DNA of 63,867 bases, filler included, from Octopus bimaculoides (taxonomy: Eukaryota): assembly GCF_001194135.2 (NCBI RefSeq). It is 6 parts of 6 records of this genome, joined end to end, with 100 filler letters (N's around TTAATTAATTAA, not from the genome) between each part and the next. Parts side by side here need not be neighbours in the genome. Positions count along the whole stretch, not along the records: positions 6,330 to 29,324 come from NC_068987.1; positions 29,425 to 44,914 come from NC_069005.1; 4 more parts are not named here. One strand, given 5' to 3'. How positions within the stretch are numbered: position 1 is the first letter of the stretch; each line of letters starts with the position of its first letter. The position numbers and the translations under genes were made by a program. Below are positions 24,639-38,375 of this stretch, in pieces. The notes below the pieces were generated by a model. That model was not told where the DNA came from. It saw only the letters and a list, made by a program, of their open reading frames with translations, and did no database searches.

Positions 24639-25427
24639 CAGCGATTATTTTGTTTAGGAGAAAATATTCCTAAACATTGAGCGATGAGAGAACGGAGAAA
24701 ACTTGGTTGCTTGACAGCTCACTGTTAAAGCATTCGTTTTGAACGCCACAGGTTTTTTGGGATATTTTCAAATCTTTCATGTTCTGTTTTCCATACAACC
24801 ATCTCCATCTCACCTCTTGACTCGTACTACCTCTCTCTTTCTCCTTTTCATTATGCAACTTATTTTTTTCTTTTCTACTCACAAAATTGTTAATATCTCC
24901 CACTTTCGCTAACCCTTGCCAACCAGCTTTTTGTCCGTAAGATTGCTAGAAAGGAAATGTTTCTCTCCACAACCGTTTGTTGAGGACAACCCACCAACTC
25001 AATACATGAGATATTGGCAATTCATCAAGTAGTGTGGTTATTATTGTTAAGTAGAGCCTAACTTAATTGTCATTCACGTATCTGGAAGCAAGAATGTTTG
25101 GGAAACTACCCACATCTCTTATGGAATGTATCACCATGTATTATGCTAAATGCAACCTTTAACTTATTATTACTATACAAATGAACACTCCAGTGGGTAC
25201 GTGATGTATATAAAGATATTACATATGATGTTATATAATAATGCGTATATTATAAATTATACCAATATATAAATATATACATACACTCACATTTCTCACC
25301 CTCTCTGCATTCTATCCCTATCATCCATCCATCCATACACACAAACACACATGCACATACATATATAAACATGCATACATGTAGTATATACATACATACA
25401 CACACACACACACACACGCACGCACAT

Positions 25428-25466
<39 letters not shown>

Positions 25467-26011
25467 TACATGTGTGTGTGTGTATGTGTGTGTGTGTGTG
25501 TGCATGTTCATGCGTGTATATACGTATATACTTACAGACAGACACATATACATGTATCTATTTATATATATGTGTGTGTTCGCATATATGCGTATAAACA
25601 CGTTTGGATGTACAAAGAGGACAAATGGTACTCAATACATGCAATGCAGTTGATGTATTAGTTCGAATGAATTATCGATTATATCATTCGTATACACAAT
25701 ACATACACATACACACATGTGTATATGTGTTTATGTGTCATATACGTATATATAAAATCTATAACGTGCGGGTGTGTGTGAGTGCGTGTGTGCCCGCCAG
25801 TGTGTATGTGTGGGTGGGAGAACGTATTATAAGATTACGTAACACTATCCATATCATCCAAGGTGCTGATTGACATAAAATATTTTGCATGTGGGCAATG
25901 CATACATTATGGGTCATTTGATAAGGTGCTGCATAGTAAAGTTCAGGATACGCGTTCGATTCCCATTTCATGACACGTATTTGATACCACTCAACAATGA
26001 AGTCTAATGAT

Positions 26012-26068
<57 letters not shown>

Positions 26069-27109
26069 NNNNNNNNNNNNNNNNNNNNNNNNNNNNNNNN
26101 NNNNNNNNNNNNNNNNNNNNNNNNNNNNNNNNNNNNNNNNNNNNNNNNNNNNNNNNNNNNNNNNNNNNNNNNNNNNNNNNNNNNNNNNNNNNNNNNNNNN
26201 NNNNNNNNNNNNNNNNNNNNNNNNNNNNNNNNNNNNNNNNNNNNNNNNNNNNNNNNNNNNNNNNNNNNNNNNNNNNNNNNNNNNNNNNNNNNNNNNNNNN
26301 NNNNNNNNNNNNNNNNNNNNNNNNNNNNNNNNNNNNNNNNNNNNNNNNNNNNNNNNNNNNNNNNNNNNNNNNNNNNNNNNNNNNNNNNNNNNNNNNNNNN
26401 NNNNNNNNNNNNNNNNNNNNNNNNNNNNNNNNNNNNNNNNNNNNNNNNNNNNNNNNNNNNNNNNNNNNNNNNNNNNNNNNNNNNNNNNNNNNNNNNNNNN
26501 NNNNNNNNNNNNNNNNNNNNNNNNNNNNNNNNNNNNNNNNNNNNNNNNNNACGGAAGATGGAGTATACGAGAATTTATTGATTTCGACAATTGTTTCGAC
26601 ACATCTAGCATCGATCCCTCATGGGCTGGACATTCAACAACTGGTTCCGGAGCATCCGGTGGTGCACATGTATCTCGTCGGGTGATAAATAAATACAACT
26701 CGTTAAAGTAACACTTCTGCAATGTAACTTCTCGTTTTGTAGAAAGAAAAGTAGCCAGACAGAAGAAATATTTTCATTTATATAGAAGATCATAAATAAA
26801 ATCACAGATGGCAAAAAAGAGAAACGAACACCCAATACAACGAGAGAAGTATTACAAATAACCATTAACAAATATGGATGTATAAACGCTCTCAGGCAAG
26901 CTGCACGGCGCGGGCACACTCGCTTATACAAGTATCCGCGAAAACGTGAGCGTTCGCACACGTGAGGTTAGGTGCACTCATGATCACAAAGCGAGTTAAC
27001 TATCTACTTGGCGTTTGTAAGAATGGGGAGGTTAAAAGTAAACTTAAGTCATCCATACCTTAAAGTAATTTAAATTATTTCAACGGTTACTCAAAATTCA
27101 TTCCCACTG

Positions 27110-28150
27110 CATTGTGCGAAAATACATTTATATGCTTGTAGGCATCTCGAGAATCTTTCAGAAATTCTATTAATGATCGTCAGTCCACAGAATAGACAGG
27201 GATTCCTGAAGCAGAGACGGTATTTCCTAGAATTGTATGGTTTCGCGTGCCTTACTGTGAACTAAGTTATGCTGTACTTCTTTGTGTCCTCCTTCAGTCG
27301 CAATACAATATCTGCCAAAGATGTTGAATGTCTCTTATTGATTGTCTTAAAGCTAGCGACGTGGTTAAGATAACGATTCTTAAATGAATCAGTCGTCTGG
27401 CCAATGTGAACATCCGGCCCTCCCCTTGTGTGCACGGTACATTTATATACAAGATTTGTATTCATACAGAGGTTCATCAAAGGACATTTTGATTTTTCTC
27501 TGCATTTATCGTATTTATTTGTATATAAGGCAGGCCCGACTCCACTTACCGACATTGTTACCGTCTTAGCTGTATCATAAGTATTTCTACTACTAAAATT
27601 TGATCGTAATTGGTTTTTATCATTGCGAGTTACATATCCTTGGCTGGTAGTTAGATGCAGATATTAGCTCGATCTAGTAGGTGGGTTATTGAACCCTTGC
27701 TTCATTTTGTTATTGCTTATGCGATGCATAAGCTGCTCTAAATTAGCAGAGTTGGCGTCGTATACCTTCACGGTGTGCCGATTAAAAATAACGTGATACC
27801 GATTAGATTTAGGAAAACATTTGTCCAAAGCTGCAAAAATTTTTCCAGAGATCTTGGTTGAAACATGCGAACCGAAAATCTGGTTGAACCAGAAGACATC
27901 TTGATACATATATCTATTGGTAGGCTTATTTGATCGAGTGTGTTGAACAGGAATGGAACAAGCAGTCGGATTATTATGTCACGTGTACCACTGAGTTTTT
28001 GTTGGTAGTTCATTGACATGACCAGTTCTAGCTGGCCTGTATTCTCTATCTAAGTGAGCTCTCAAACCGTGACGGTGTGGTGGTGTACAATGTGTATTAC
28101 AATGGAGTAATTACCAGTGTTGTGTACGCCTGCTTCTTGTATATATTGAA
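27110..28150 (-). pseudogene. Decayed Penelope-like retroelement (RT thumb, linker, GIY-YIG endonuclease)
   Basis: Peptides DVFWFNQIFGSHVSTKISGKIFAALDKCFPKSNRYHVIFNRHTVKV (WFNPP-type linker) and CREKSKCPLMNLCMNTNLVYKCTV...HIGQTTDSFKNRYLNHVASFK...STSLADIVLRLK (GIY-YIG); frameshifts and stops. Confidence 0.85.
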
Positions 28151-28548
28151 TTTTTTCACGGTACCCAGCCCTAGCTAGGGGAGCATTATAATAAGTTGCA
28201 TCTGATTCGAAAATAAGTACTTGGCCATTCAGCATTCAAGTCGGTGTTCTGATATGGCCGTAGTTCAATGACTGAAGCAAGAAAAAGATAAAAGTTTAGG
28301 TATGTATGTATGAATGTATGTATGAATGTATGTATGTATGTATGTATGTATGTATGTATGTATGCACTTATGTATGTATGTATGCATGTATACTTATATG
28401 CGTGGATGCTGGTATGTATGTATGTAAGTATGTATGTAATGCTTCTATGCATGGATGCAGGTATGTATGTATGTATATATGAATGCATGCATGCATTTAT
28501 GTATGTACGTATGTCTATATGCATGGATGCTGGTATGTATATAAGTAA

Positions 28549-28600
<52 letters not shown>

Positions 28601-29463
28601 ACATACATACATACATACATGCATACATACATCCATACATACATACATACATTATACATACATACATACATTATACATACATACATTATTATTCTTTTAA
28701 TTTATATACACCTTTAAATCGACCAACACATGTTTGAACCGCACCGATTAGTAACCGTTGTAATTGCAACCCTTCTATAAAACTGATGTAGCCTTTTCAT
28801 GGTCTTTATTGATATCCTTCGATTTGACCGTTTAAAGTTTTTCGTTTATCTATTCTGCGTTGTATGATGTAGATTTGTCGGTTAAGTTAGTCCTGAACAA
28901 TCTCCATTACAAATTTTTATTGGTTAATCCCTTACAGTCCATTATTTCAAAACATTCTGTTCTTTAATTCTTTATTATTCATTTATACTTGGCAAATATT
29001 AATTTCCTCATGTGCAAGCATCTCAAATATGGTTCCTGTCTAGAATTTATTAAAGCTGTATATAAATTAAAAGAATTAAAGGTAACGTTATGTAAAGTCG
29101 TAGTAATCCTTATTAATATTGTTGATATTATATACTCCAGGAAACCGAGATGGTTAAAGTAATACATTCAGAAATATCCAACGGAATATATCTGTAAATA
29201 AATATAAAAAACTTTATTGCATTTATATGTTAACTGTTGAATAACCTATTTTGAATACCTGAGAGCGGTAATCGTTTTGGGGTAAACCCCATATTATTTA
29301 CAAATATATATATATATATATATANNNNNNNNNNNNNNNNNNNNNNNNNNNNNNNNNNNNNNNNNNNNTTAATTAATTAANNNNNNNNNNNNNNNNNNNN
29401 NNNNNNNNNNNNNNNNNNNNNNNNAATTTCTAAATCTTTTTCTACCCTGAGATTTATTAATAA

Positions 29464-29499
<36 letters not shown>

Positions 29500-30259
29500 T
29501 GCCCGATATTAGTTTTAAGTTGTTTATGTAATTTGCAATGAGACTGAGATACAAAATTAATTTTCTTTCTTTTTCTTTTCTGTCCTCTACTTTCTCCTCT
29601 TCTACTTTTTTTTAACGTTAAATTTTTACTTTTTTTCAGTTATTAGACATTTTTTTCAGGTAGGGCAATGCTCCATACTGAAGCACCTCAGTACATTTCT
29701 TTATGCTTCACAGTTGATATGTCGGTCTCTTAAACCTGACCGCTAAGTCGGCAGCAAACTAATACATCTTGTCAAGTGATGGTGGAGACAAACATAAACG
29801 CAAAGGCACATACATACACACACAAGCATACATACACATACATCCATAAACATAAATATACATTTATGTATACAATATATTATAATTTGAAAACAAATAA
29901 ATAACTATATAAATAAAGAATGCATAAAAATTGAAATCAAGCTAAATAAAATAAAATAAAAACGACAGTAAAAACATAAAAATATAAAATGAAATAAAAT
30001 AAAACCCATAGATTATTATTATTGGCTTAATGATAGATACAATTGTGAAAAGATATAGAGGAGTATCAATTATTAAACCAATAAGAATAATCTATAGGTT
30101 TTATTTTTATTTTATTTTATGTTTATATGTTATTACTATCATTTTTATTTTATTTCATCTTTATCCTGATTTTAAATTTTACGCATACTTTATCTCGTTA
30201 TTGATTTGGTTTCAAATTATAATATATAGTTTATTCACAAATATATAAAGCTCATCAAT

Positions 30260-31820
30260 CAAATACACTTATTATCCATAGCTTTTAACATGTTTAACCC
30301 ATTGATACTCTATACATCCTTAAAAAGAAAAATGATTACCTAAATTCCATAATCCTGAAGAAGTCCTACCATCATATAGTTAGAATATGGTACCTTCCTT
30401 AGCATTATCCCAAATGCTTGGAAATTCCGATCATCTACGTAAAAGAACTGAAACATATATGTAGGTTCCTTACTTTATTTTACTTTATTTTTGAGCCTTT
30501 CAACCTTTAATCCCCGATGGGGACGAATGTCACACCAGCGTTTGCCACACTAGTTACGGGATACCTGGATGAAAAAAATCTACACCCTATCATGAATTAC
30601 ATTTGACCACCATTTCGAAACCTACCTCATCGGAAAATGGAAAAGATTCTTAGCTGCCTGTTTTTGTTTTGGAACCGAAATAATGAGGACATTACAAAAT
30701 TTATTAAATTGATATATAGCATTCATATATCAACCCAATCATTATGGAAATGAATGAAACGGAACTCCCCTTTCTGGACATCGTGATAGTTAAAGAAAAT
30801 GAAACAGTTACAACCGACCTCTACTACAAGAACACAAGACACACCAATATTTAGATTTAGATCTCGCCTCCCTCCTATACAAAAAGGAACATTTAATATG
30901 GCAAAGCGCAAATGCTCAATAGTCATAGATCCTGTTAGACAAGAGAAACGACTGGCAGAGCTTAATATAATACTTCAGAAAGAAAAATATCCCGACAACT
31001 TTCTTCAACATGCCATGACAAAAGCAAAAGACATCCCAATCTCTACCTTACAGGGAAACACTCAGACTAGGTGTGAAAATTAAAAAAATACAAATGCAAA
31101 CATTCCGTTTGTGGTTACACACATTGCTAGAATCCACAACAAGCTGCACTCAGCCAAACGATACCTCCCAATTCTACATCAATCACCAAATATCCAACGA
31201 ATAATTAAAAAATCACAAATCATCAACAGTCGAAGACAACCACCTAACCTCAAGAGACTCTTAACAAAGGCGATATTCACATTTTAAAAAGAAACGATGC
31301 AAGTAACCAACTATGGAACTCCCCGTTGTGAGACATGGGAATTAATTGAGGAAGGGACAATCAAAACACTGAAGAATGGGAAGGAATTAAGAGTGAATGC
31401 AAACATGAATCGCAAGACAAAAAACCTCAACTACTGCCTCACATGCTCACAATGTGATGAAAACTACATTGGGGAGACAGGAAAGAAAATGTGCATAAGT
31501 AACAAATGAGGGATTCATCTATTAGAAATATACCATGCAGTGAACATCTAGATATCTATCCAAATGGAAAATTTTAAATATTGCCACTTTACAAAATAAA
31601 TGATGAAAATGTACAACTACGAAAAGCAAAGGAAGAATACTTTATAAGAATTCTAAATCCGAAATTTAACCGAAAATAGCGAACATTCCATATGATAAAC
31701 AATGGTAAAAGTATGTTTATGACCAAAACCAAAAGCCCGAAAATAAACCGGAAATAGTACTACCACCACCACAAAATTAATAACTTCCTCTTTAAGAGCA
31801 CGAGTGTTTTAAAAGTTTTA
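30260..31820 (+). pseudogene. Decayed Penelope-like retroelement, Neptune-type (RT, Cys linker, GIY-YIG)
   Basis: MGTNVTPAFATLVTGYLDEK, WKRFL, ELPFLDIVIVK...TTDLYYK, NIPFVVTH, RRQPPNLKRLLTKA, GTPRCET, NLNYCLTCSQCDENYIGETG, EEYFIRILNPKFN; several frameshifts; runs into a gap. Confidence 0.9.
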
Positions 31821-32417
31821 GCNNNNNNNNNNNNNNNNNNNNNNNNNNNNNNNNNNNNNNNNNNNNNNNNNNNNNNNNNNNNNNNNNNNNNNNNNNNNNN
31901 NNNNNNNNNNNNNNNNNNNNNNNNNNNNNNNNNNNNNNNNNNNNNNNNNNNNNNNNNNNNNNNNNNNNNNNNNNNNNNNNNNNNNNNNNNNNNNNNNNNN
32001 NNNNNNNNNNNNNNNNNNNNNNNNNNNNNNNNNNNNNNNNNNNNNNNNNNNNNNNNNNNNNNNNNNNNNNNNNNNNNNNNNNNNNNNNNNNNNNNNNNNN
32101 NNNNNNNNNNNNNNNNNNNNNNNNNNNNNNNNNNNNNNNNNNNNNNNNNNNNNNNNNNNNNNNNNNNNNNNNNNNNNNNNNNNNNNNNNNNNNNNNNNNN
32201 NNNNNNNNNNNNNNNNNNNNNNNNNNNNNNNNNNNNNNNNNNNNNNNNNNNNNNNNNNNNNNNNNNNNNNNNNNNNNNNNNNNNNNNNNNNNNNNNNNNN
32301 NNNNNNNNNNNNNNNNNNNNNNNNNNNNNNNNNNNNNNNNNNNNNNNNNNNNNNNNNNNNNNNNNNNNNNNNNNNNNNNNNNNNNNNNNNNNNNNNNNNN
32401 NNNNNNNNNNNNNNNNN

Positions 32418-33651
32418 CGAGAAGTGTGCATTAAAGATTTCCCTGACCAACTTCCGGTTATTGCAGAAAACAGATCTTGTACAGATATAATCATACATGC
32501 TTCTATATGCCATATTATAATTTGCAGCTTTTCACTAGTATTCGTTTGTCTTTTACAGCTGTTGAAGTGTTATAATGGAAACAGTTGAATGTAGATCAGT
32601 GATCAAGGTCTTATAATTGAAATGTCCTACACGAAAAGAGACTTTCAATGAGATGAAAGAAGTTTATGGTGACGAGGCGCCATCATACGACGTAGTCAAG
32701 CAATGGCATGGCCAGTTCAAATGTGGTCGGACATCGGTGGAAACTATTCCTATTACTGAATGACCACATTCCGCCACTGATGACAACACCATCTATAAAG
32801 TGGACGCCACCATTTTGGGGGATCACGGCATGACTATTCGGCTTCTAGCCCAAGAAGTAAAGGTTAGTGTAGGGTACATGGTAAAAAATATTCACGACCA
32901 TTTGCACACGTATAAGATGACAGCACAGTGGATTCCTCGAATCCTCATACCTTTTCAGTTGCAAGAACGTGTCGATTGTTCCCAGGCTCTTTTGGGAACG
33001 TGCCACGAAAACGAGGAGGACATTTTCAGCAGAATTATCACGCAGGATGAAACATATATCCATCACTATGATCCTGAGACTAAAGTCCAATCGAAGCAAT
33101 GGAAGCATGATAAATTACCATAAGTCTCGTTTCCAACCTTCAGCAGGCAGGGTGATACTGAGTCTTTTGGGACCAGTGAGGAGTACTGATAATGGATAAT
33201 TTACTGCGGAAATTGCGGGATGCCATGAAACCAGAGAAGCGTGGCATCCTGACCACCAAAGGAGTCTAACTCCGCCAAGACAACACCCTAGTTCACAATA
33301 CGCATGTTTCCCATATGACAACACACTCCTGCGGGTATGAAATCCTTCCTCACCCCATTTACTCTCTCGACCTCGCTCCATCTGACTTCCGCTCCTTTCC
33401 AACCATGATGTCTCTTTTGAAGGAAAAGCACTTTTCGGATGATGGTGAACTTATTTCCGAGGTAAAGTCTTGGCTCCAGACGCAACGTACCGACTTCTAC
33501 AGGTGAGGTTTTCACACCTGCATAAAACGATGGGGGAAGTGTGTCATCATTGGTGGTGGCTATGTAGGGAAAGACTAATAATTAAGCCAAATTTCGTTCA
33601 TCCCAGTCCTTGGGAGGCTGGTCAGGAGAAATCTTTAATGAACATCCTTCG
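32418..33651 (+). mobile_element. Near full-length mariner (DD34D-type) with pseudogenised transposase (~32575-33579)
   Basis: TIRs cgagaagtgtgcattaaagatttccctgacc / ggtcaggagaaatctttaatgaacatccttcg followed by TA. Motifs WIPRIL, IITQDETYIHHYDPE, DNTP, YSLDLAPSDF; internal stops and a deletion. Confidence 0.9.
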
Positions 33652-33669
33652 TACATTTGCATATGTATA

Positions 33670-33835
33670 AACACGATGGGCTTGCACAAAGCTTCAATCT
33701 ATTACATCCATTCACAAAGTATTTGTCGATTGAGGGTCTAGTACTAAATACTTAGCCAATGTGCTTCGTAGTGGGACTGAACCAGGAACCACGTAGTTGC
33801 AAAGTAACCTTCTTAACCACACAGCAATGTCTGCG
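33670..33835 (-). mobile_element. Family-A SINE, degenerate
   Basis: gtgggactgaaccaggaaccacgtagttgcaaagtaaccttcttaaccacacagc. Confidence 0.6.
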
Positions 33836-34245
33836 CTGATATTTTGTATATATTTCTCATAAATCATCCCAGTATCATTTTTATTGTTCCAATTTTCTTT
33901 CTATTTTATGATTTCTGGACGTATTCCTCTTGACATTAACTGTACTTTTAAGGGAAAAAAACTCTTTTCCACGACATAATTTTATAAGGCTTAACAGGGA
34001 TGCGATATTTTGGAAATAAATTTTCTATGTATGGTTAAAAAATAAACGACGTGATGTGAAGATTGCGTTTATAGATATAAAATAATAGTAAACACAATGG
34101 GACATATATAGTCTTGTGTCATTTAATTTACTATACTGTTTTATATATATACGTTACTCTTCTCTTATACATGCTTTCATACTGCTATCAAAATGTGCGC
34201 ACACATATGTACAAATATACATACATGTATATCTGAATGAATGTA

Positions 34246-34294
<49 letters not shown>

Positions 34295-34326
34295 AAAGAG
34301 AGACAGAGACAGACACACAGACACGC

Positions 34327-34365
<39 letters not shown>

Positions 34366-35285
34366 TATATTGATAGATAGAAATTGGTACATGGATACAT
34401 ACATACATATATTTATGCATGTACCTTTTATGAGCATATATGTATTTGGATATGCAGTTAAATCTTTCTTTTTTTGGGCAATCTAGCAACCGCTGCCTAG
34501 AACAATATAAAAGAAAATGTCTTGTTATTTAGAGTTAAGAGAAGTTGTGCTAATTAGTGTTAGTTGCCATTAAAACAAAGAAAGTTTATGTTGCATCGAA
34601 AATGGTTCTTTGCTTCTAAAGAAGAATACCGCACCTTATTGTACTGCATTTACAAGACCTGTGTTTTATTAAGTCAATAAAACTTGTTCTCTACATAAAT
34701 TAGACTTTTATTTCTTTCGCTTAGTAACGTTCACACTGCATTCAAAATATTATCACAACTGGTGTACATATAACGTTTTAATGGATTTTGTAAATGTAAT
34801 GTGGTATGGTAATTTAAAATGTGATTATCAGACATGTCGGAACATTCAATTACCCGACAACTCTCCAGTGAAAGTGATCTCGGAAGGAAGACGTTTACTA
34901 TATATGGACGCACACACAGATACACACACACACATGCATATATATATATATATATATATTTCCTGTTTTGTTTTTTGTCCGCCACTACATTCCTTCACGT
35001 TACAAATTTAATTTGAATTAAATTTAATTTAAATTTAATTTGTGGTCCGTGGGAAGAGCCATTTTAACGATGCGTCCTGCCCTAACTCTTCGAAACGCCA
35101 GTGTTATAAAAATGGCACCTGATGAAGGAAATGTTCTCTATGTAGCCTGTCTGTTTTCTGTATTTGTTTATCATGTTGTCTACGTTTTGTTTGCAATGTC
35201 CTGTACCCAGATATGCATCTATATATACAAGTAGATGTAAGTATGTACATACATGTACGTATATATGCATATACTCATTTATATG

Positions 35286-35356
<71 letters not shown>

Positions 35357-35751
35357 ATACATACACATACACACACACACGCATATAAATTGGTTGGTAG
35401 AGATATAGAGTCCAAGTGGGTCCCGTAGTCGCTTTTACCGGTTATTAATGCTGGCTAACTTCAGTGAGTGTTTAAAAAAAACTCCAGTTAGTTTGATTTA
35501 CTAACCTCAGTCTATCTTCACACCGGTAAATCTATTTGCCTCTATAGATACTGCATGTTTTCGGTAGAGAAAATAATGAATTTATAATAAAAGAGAACAG
35601 AGATTTATTTTCAGTTTTATTCAGTAGTCAATTACTTCCTTTCATTACTGCACCTAAATGTTCCTTCAGTAACTATGGCCACTGCAAAGTTTGTATCTTT
35701 ATGTTTACTTACTGTTAATTACCGTGTCTTCAGTGTGGAGCCTATCTAAAG

Positions 35752-36227
35752 TGCATTGTTCAGATAGAATCTAAATTATGTACAAGTCCAGCCGAAATAC
35801 ACGTGGTGTTACCGTACCCAAAACAACCTAGATCATGACTTTTTCAACTCTGCTAGTTAAAGATTAATTGACTAGCTGTGCAAGGAATTTTAGCAGTCTG
35901 CAAACAAAGACCATCATTAAATGGTGTGTGGTAGTATTAATACATAGTATCAGGTTACATTAAGTATATTTTTCACTGTTATTATCATACCTCTCGCTAG
36001 TATTGCTAGTTCCACTAGTCGTATTATTATTGTTAGCATCGTTAGTAATGAGCTATGAGACTATTATTTAATTTGCTAATTTTATAATTGAATTAAATTG
36101 ATTTAAATTTATGGATATCGTTAATTTTATTTTCAGGTCAAGATCTAGGCTATTTTTGGAACAATGGCAACACCACGTGTATTTCGGCTGGACTTGTATT
36201 TGATTTAGATTCTATCTGAACAATGCA
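35752..36227. mobile_element. Unclassified MITE-like element with ~90-bp terminal inverted repeats
   Basis: 35752-35840 (tgcattgttcagatagaatctaaat...gccgaaatacacgtggtgtt...ctagatcatgac) is the reverse complement of 36135-36227. Confidence 0.75.
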
Positions 36228-36863
36228 GTTGACTCCGCCCTCAAGATGTGGCGTTTAGCAATAAGTTCACATAAAGGTGCACATTTTACAGTGTGAATTA
36301 GATGCTGCAAAAAATATGTGTAGATGCGGAAATGAAAAGAAGTAATTAGCTTGAATAAAACTGAATAAAACCGGATATAAGTCTCTGATCTCCTTTACTA
36401 TAAATTCATATATATATATATATATTGGATTTTGTGTGTGGTTATTAACTATGTTCCTCTAGTTTCTTCATACAGATTATTATACGCAATATTGCTCACT
36501 TGGAGCACTACAACTCCAGTCTGCATTTTATTTGCGAGTATTCTTAATATTAGCAATCTCAAAATAAAGCAGTGTATTATATATATATATATATATATAT
36601 ATNNNNNNNNNNNNNNNNNNATATATATTTACATATACATACATACATACATTCATACATACATACATACATACATACATACATACATAAATTCTAAATG
36701 ATTATTAGGGAAGACAGAATGTAATGGAAGCGAATACACTCTACAGTGCAGGAAAAACCTCCTCGGGCCACCTTTCGCTGTTCAGTGTCTTACCTAAACT
36801 TTAATTTTAGATACAACTTTTATATATAAACACACACACACACACGCACGCACACACACACAC

Positions 36864-36913
<50 letters not shown>

Positions 36914-37451
36914 CATATAGGTGCTGGCAAGGCTGTGTCGTAAGAATTTTTTCTCTCTATATTATTAATACTTCTAGGTTATTATCTGACTACCTGACTC
37001 TCTAAATCTCTATCACATTGTATACAATTTTCATTTCAACCACCACCATACACTGTTTCCTTCTTAATATCTTACCAAATCTCCTTTCCTCCTCTCTATA
37101 CAAATCTATTTTGTTAATTATTGACTTCCATACGTTAATATTTCGAAGGATGACTTATTGTATGTATAAACATACATTAAACTGATGTTTAAGACTTGAT
37201 ATAACCATGATACTCTGCCAATCTTATGAGCTAACCTTCTACACTTGCATTATCTTGTAAAATGTATAATAGTATTACGTAATCTTTAGCATATACAGAA
37301 GTGAAGTCATGTAAAGTAGTTTATTAAACAATAAATTCATTTTCCATGATGTTGGCTGCGAAACGATCGCAATCTTATGGATATCAACTGGTGAAATAAA
37401 TATATTCGTTTCATACCTTCTGACATTTTTTATAATCTATATATGTAAATA

Positions 37452-37598
<147 letters not shown>

Positions 37599-38234
37599 AC
37601 ATACATATTTGGTATCACAGATTGTTGTATGAAAGCTACATTAAGATCCTACTGTTGGAAAACAATCAAAATATAAAGTGACAACACCACTGAATTATCC
37701 GTCATGTAGTAGCTTAACTCGCTAGAAATATTTTTTTAAATTCACTCTGATCTCACCCGACCTTCTTGGAAAACAAAGAAATATAAAAGTATTGTGAATT
37801 ATATCCTCATTTATGGTCTTTCTTTGCGTGACAGTGTGACAATCAGAGACACAATGAATAGAATATCTAAGCTGTAAATATTGAGCATTAACAAGAATTG
37901 AATTAATTCATTTTTCACGGTAAGGCTTCACTACACATGCAAGCAATAAACAAAATAATTTTTTCCTGGAATGTATACTGAATTTTTTGAAGAGGATCCA
38001 AAACATGTGAGGTACATGACCGTGCACGAAGAAATGTTTTCACTTGAAAATATCTGAATTGTTGAAGAGCAGCATAAAAGCTTCATGATTTACTTACATT
38101 GACATTGAAATTTCAAGAAAATGCTGAGGAGTTTGCTGAACAATAGGGTGCGTGTGGTCAAAATTCTCATTTACTTGGTGTAACGTGCGTGACAAAACTG
38201 GATATATTTTCAGAACAAATATTTTCTATATCTA

Positions 38235-38375
38235 AGGTGGCGAACTGGCAGAATGTTTAGCGGCATTTCGTTTATCTTTAACATTTTGAGTTCAAATTCA
38301 GCCCGAGGTCCACTTTGCTCTTCATCGTCTCGGGATCGATAAGATAAGTACCAGCTTGTCACTGGAGTTATTATA
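38235..38375 (+). mobile_element. Family-C SINE
   Basis: ggtggcgaactggcagaatgtttagcggcatttcg...gagttcaaattcagcccgaggtccac...gataagataagtaccag. Confidence 0.7.

Noticed and set aside
26551-26711. Short open frames after the gap (e.g. TEDGVYENL...)
   Set aside because: No credible splice sites or homology; more likely the tail of the Penelope element.
35085-35135. CGAAAC...CTGATGA in permuted (type II hammerhead) order
   Set aside because: Stem I cannot form and stems II and III are very weak; possibly a pLTR relic only.
37341-37375. catgatg...CGAAACGATCG hammerhead-like remnant (also 38925-38950)
   Set aside because: Core too degenerate and no stems.
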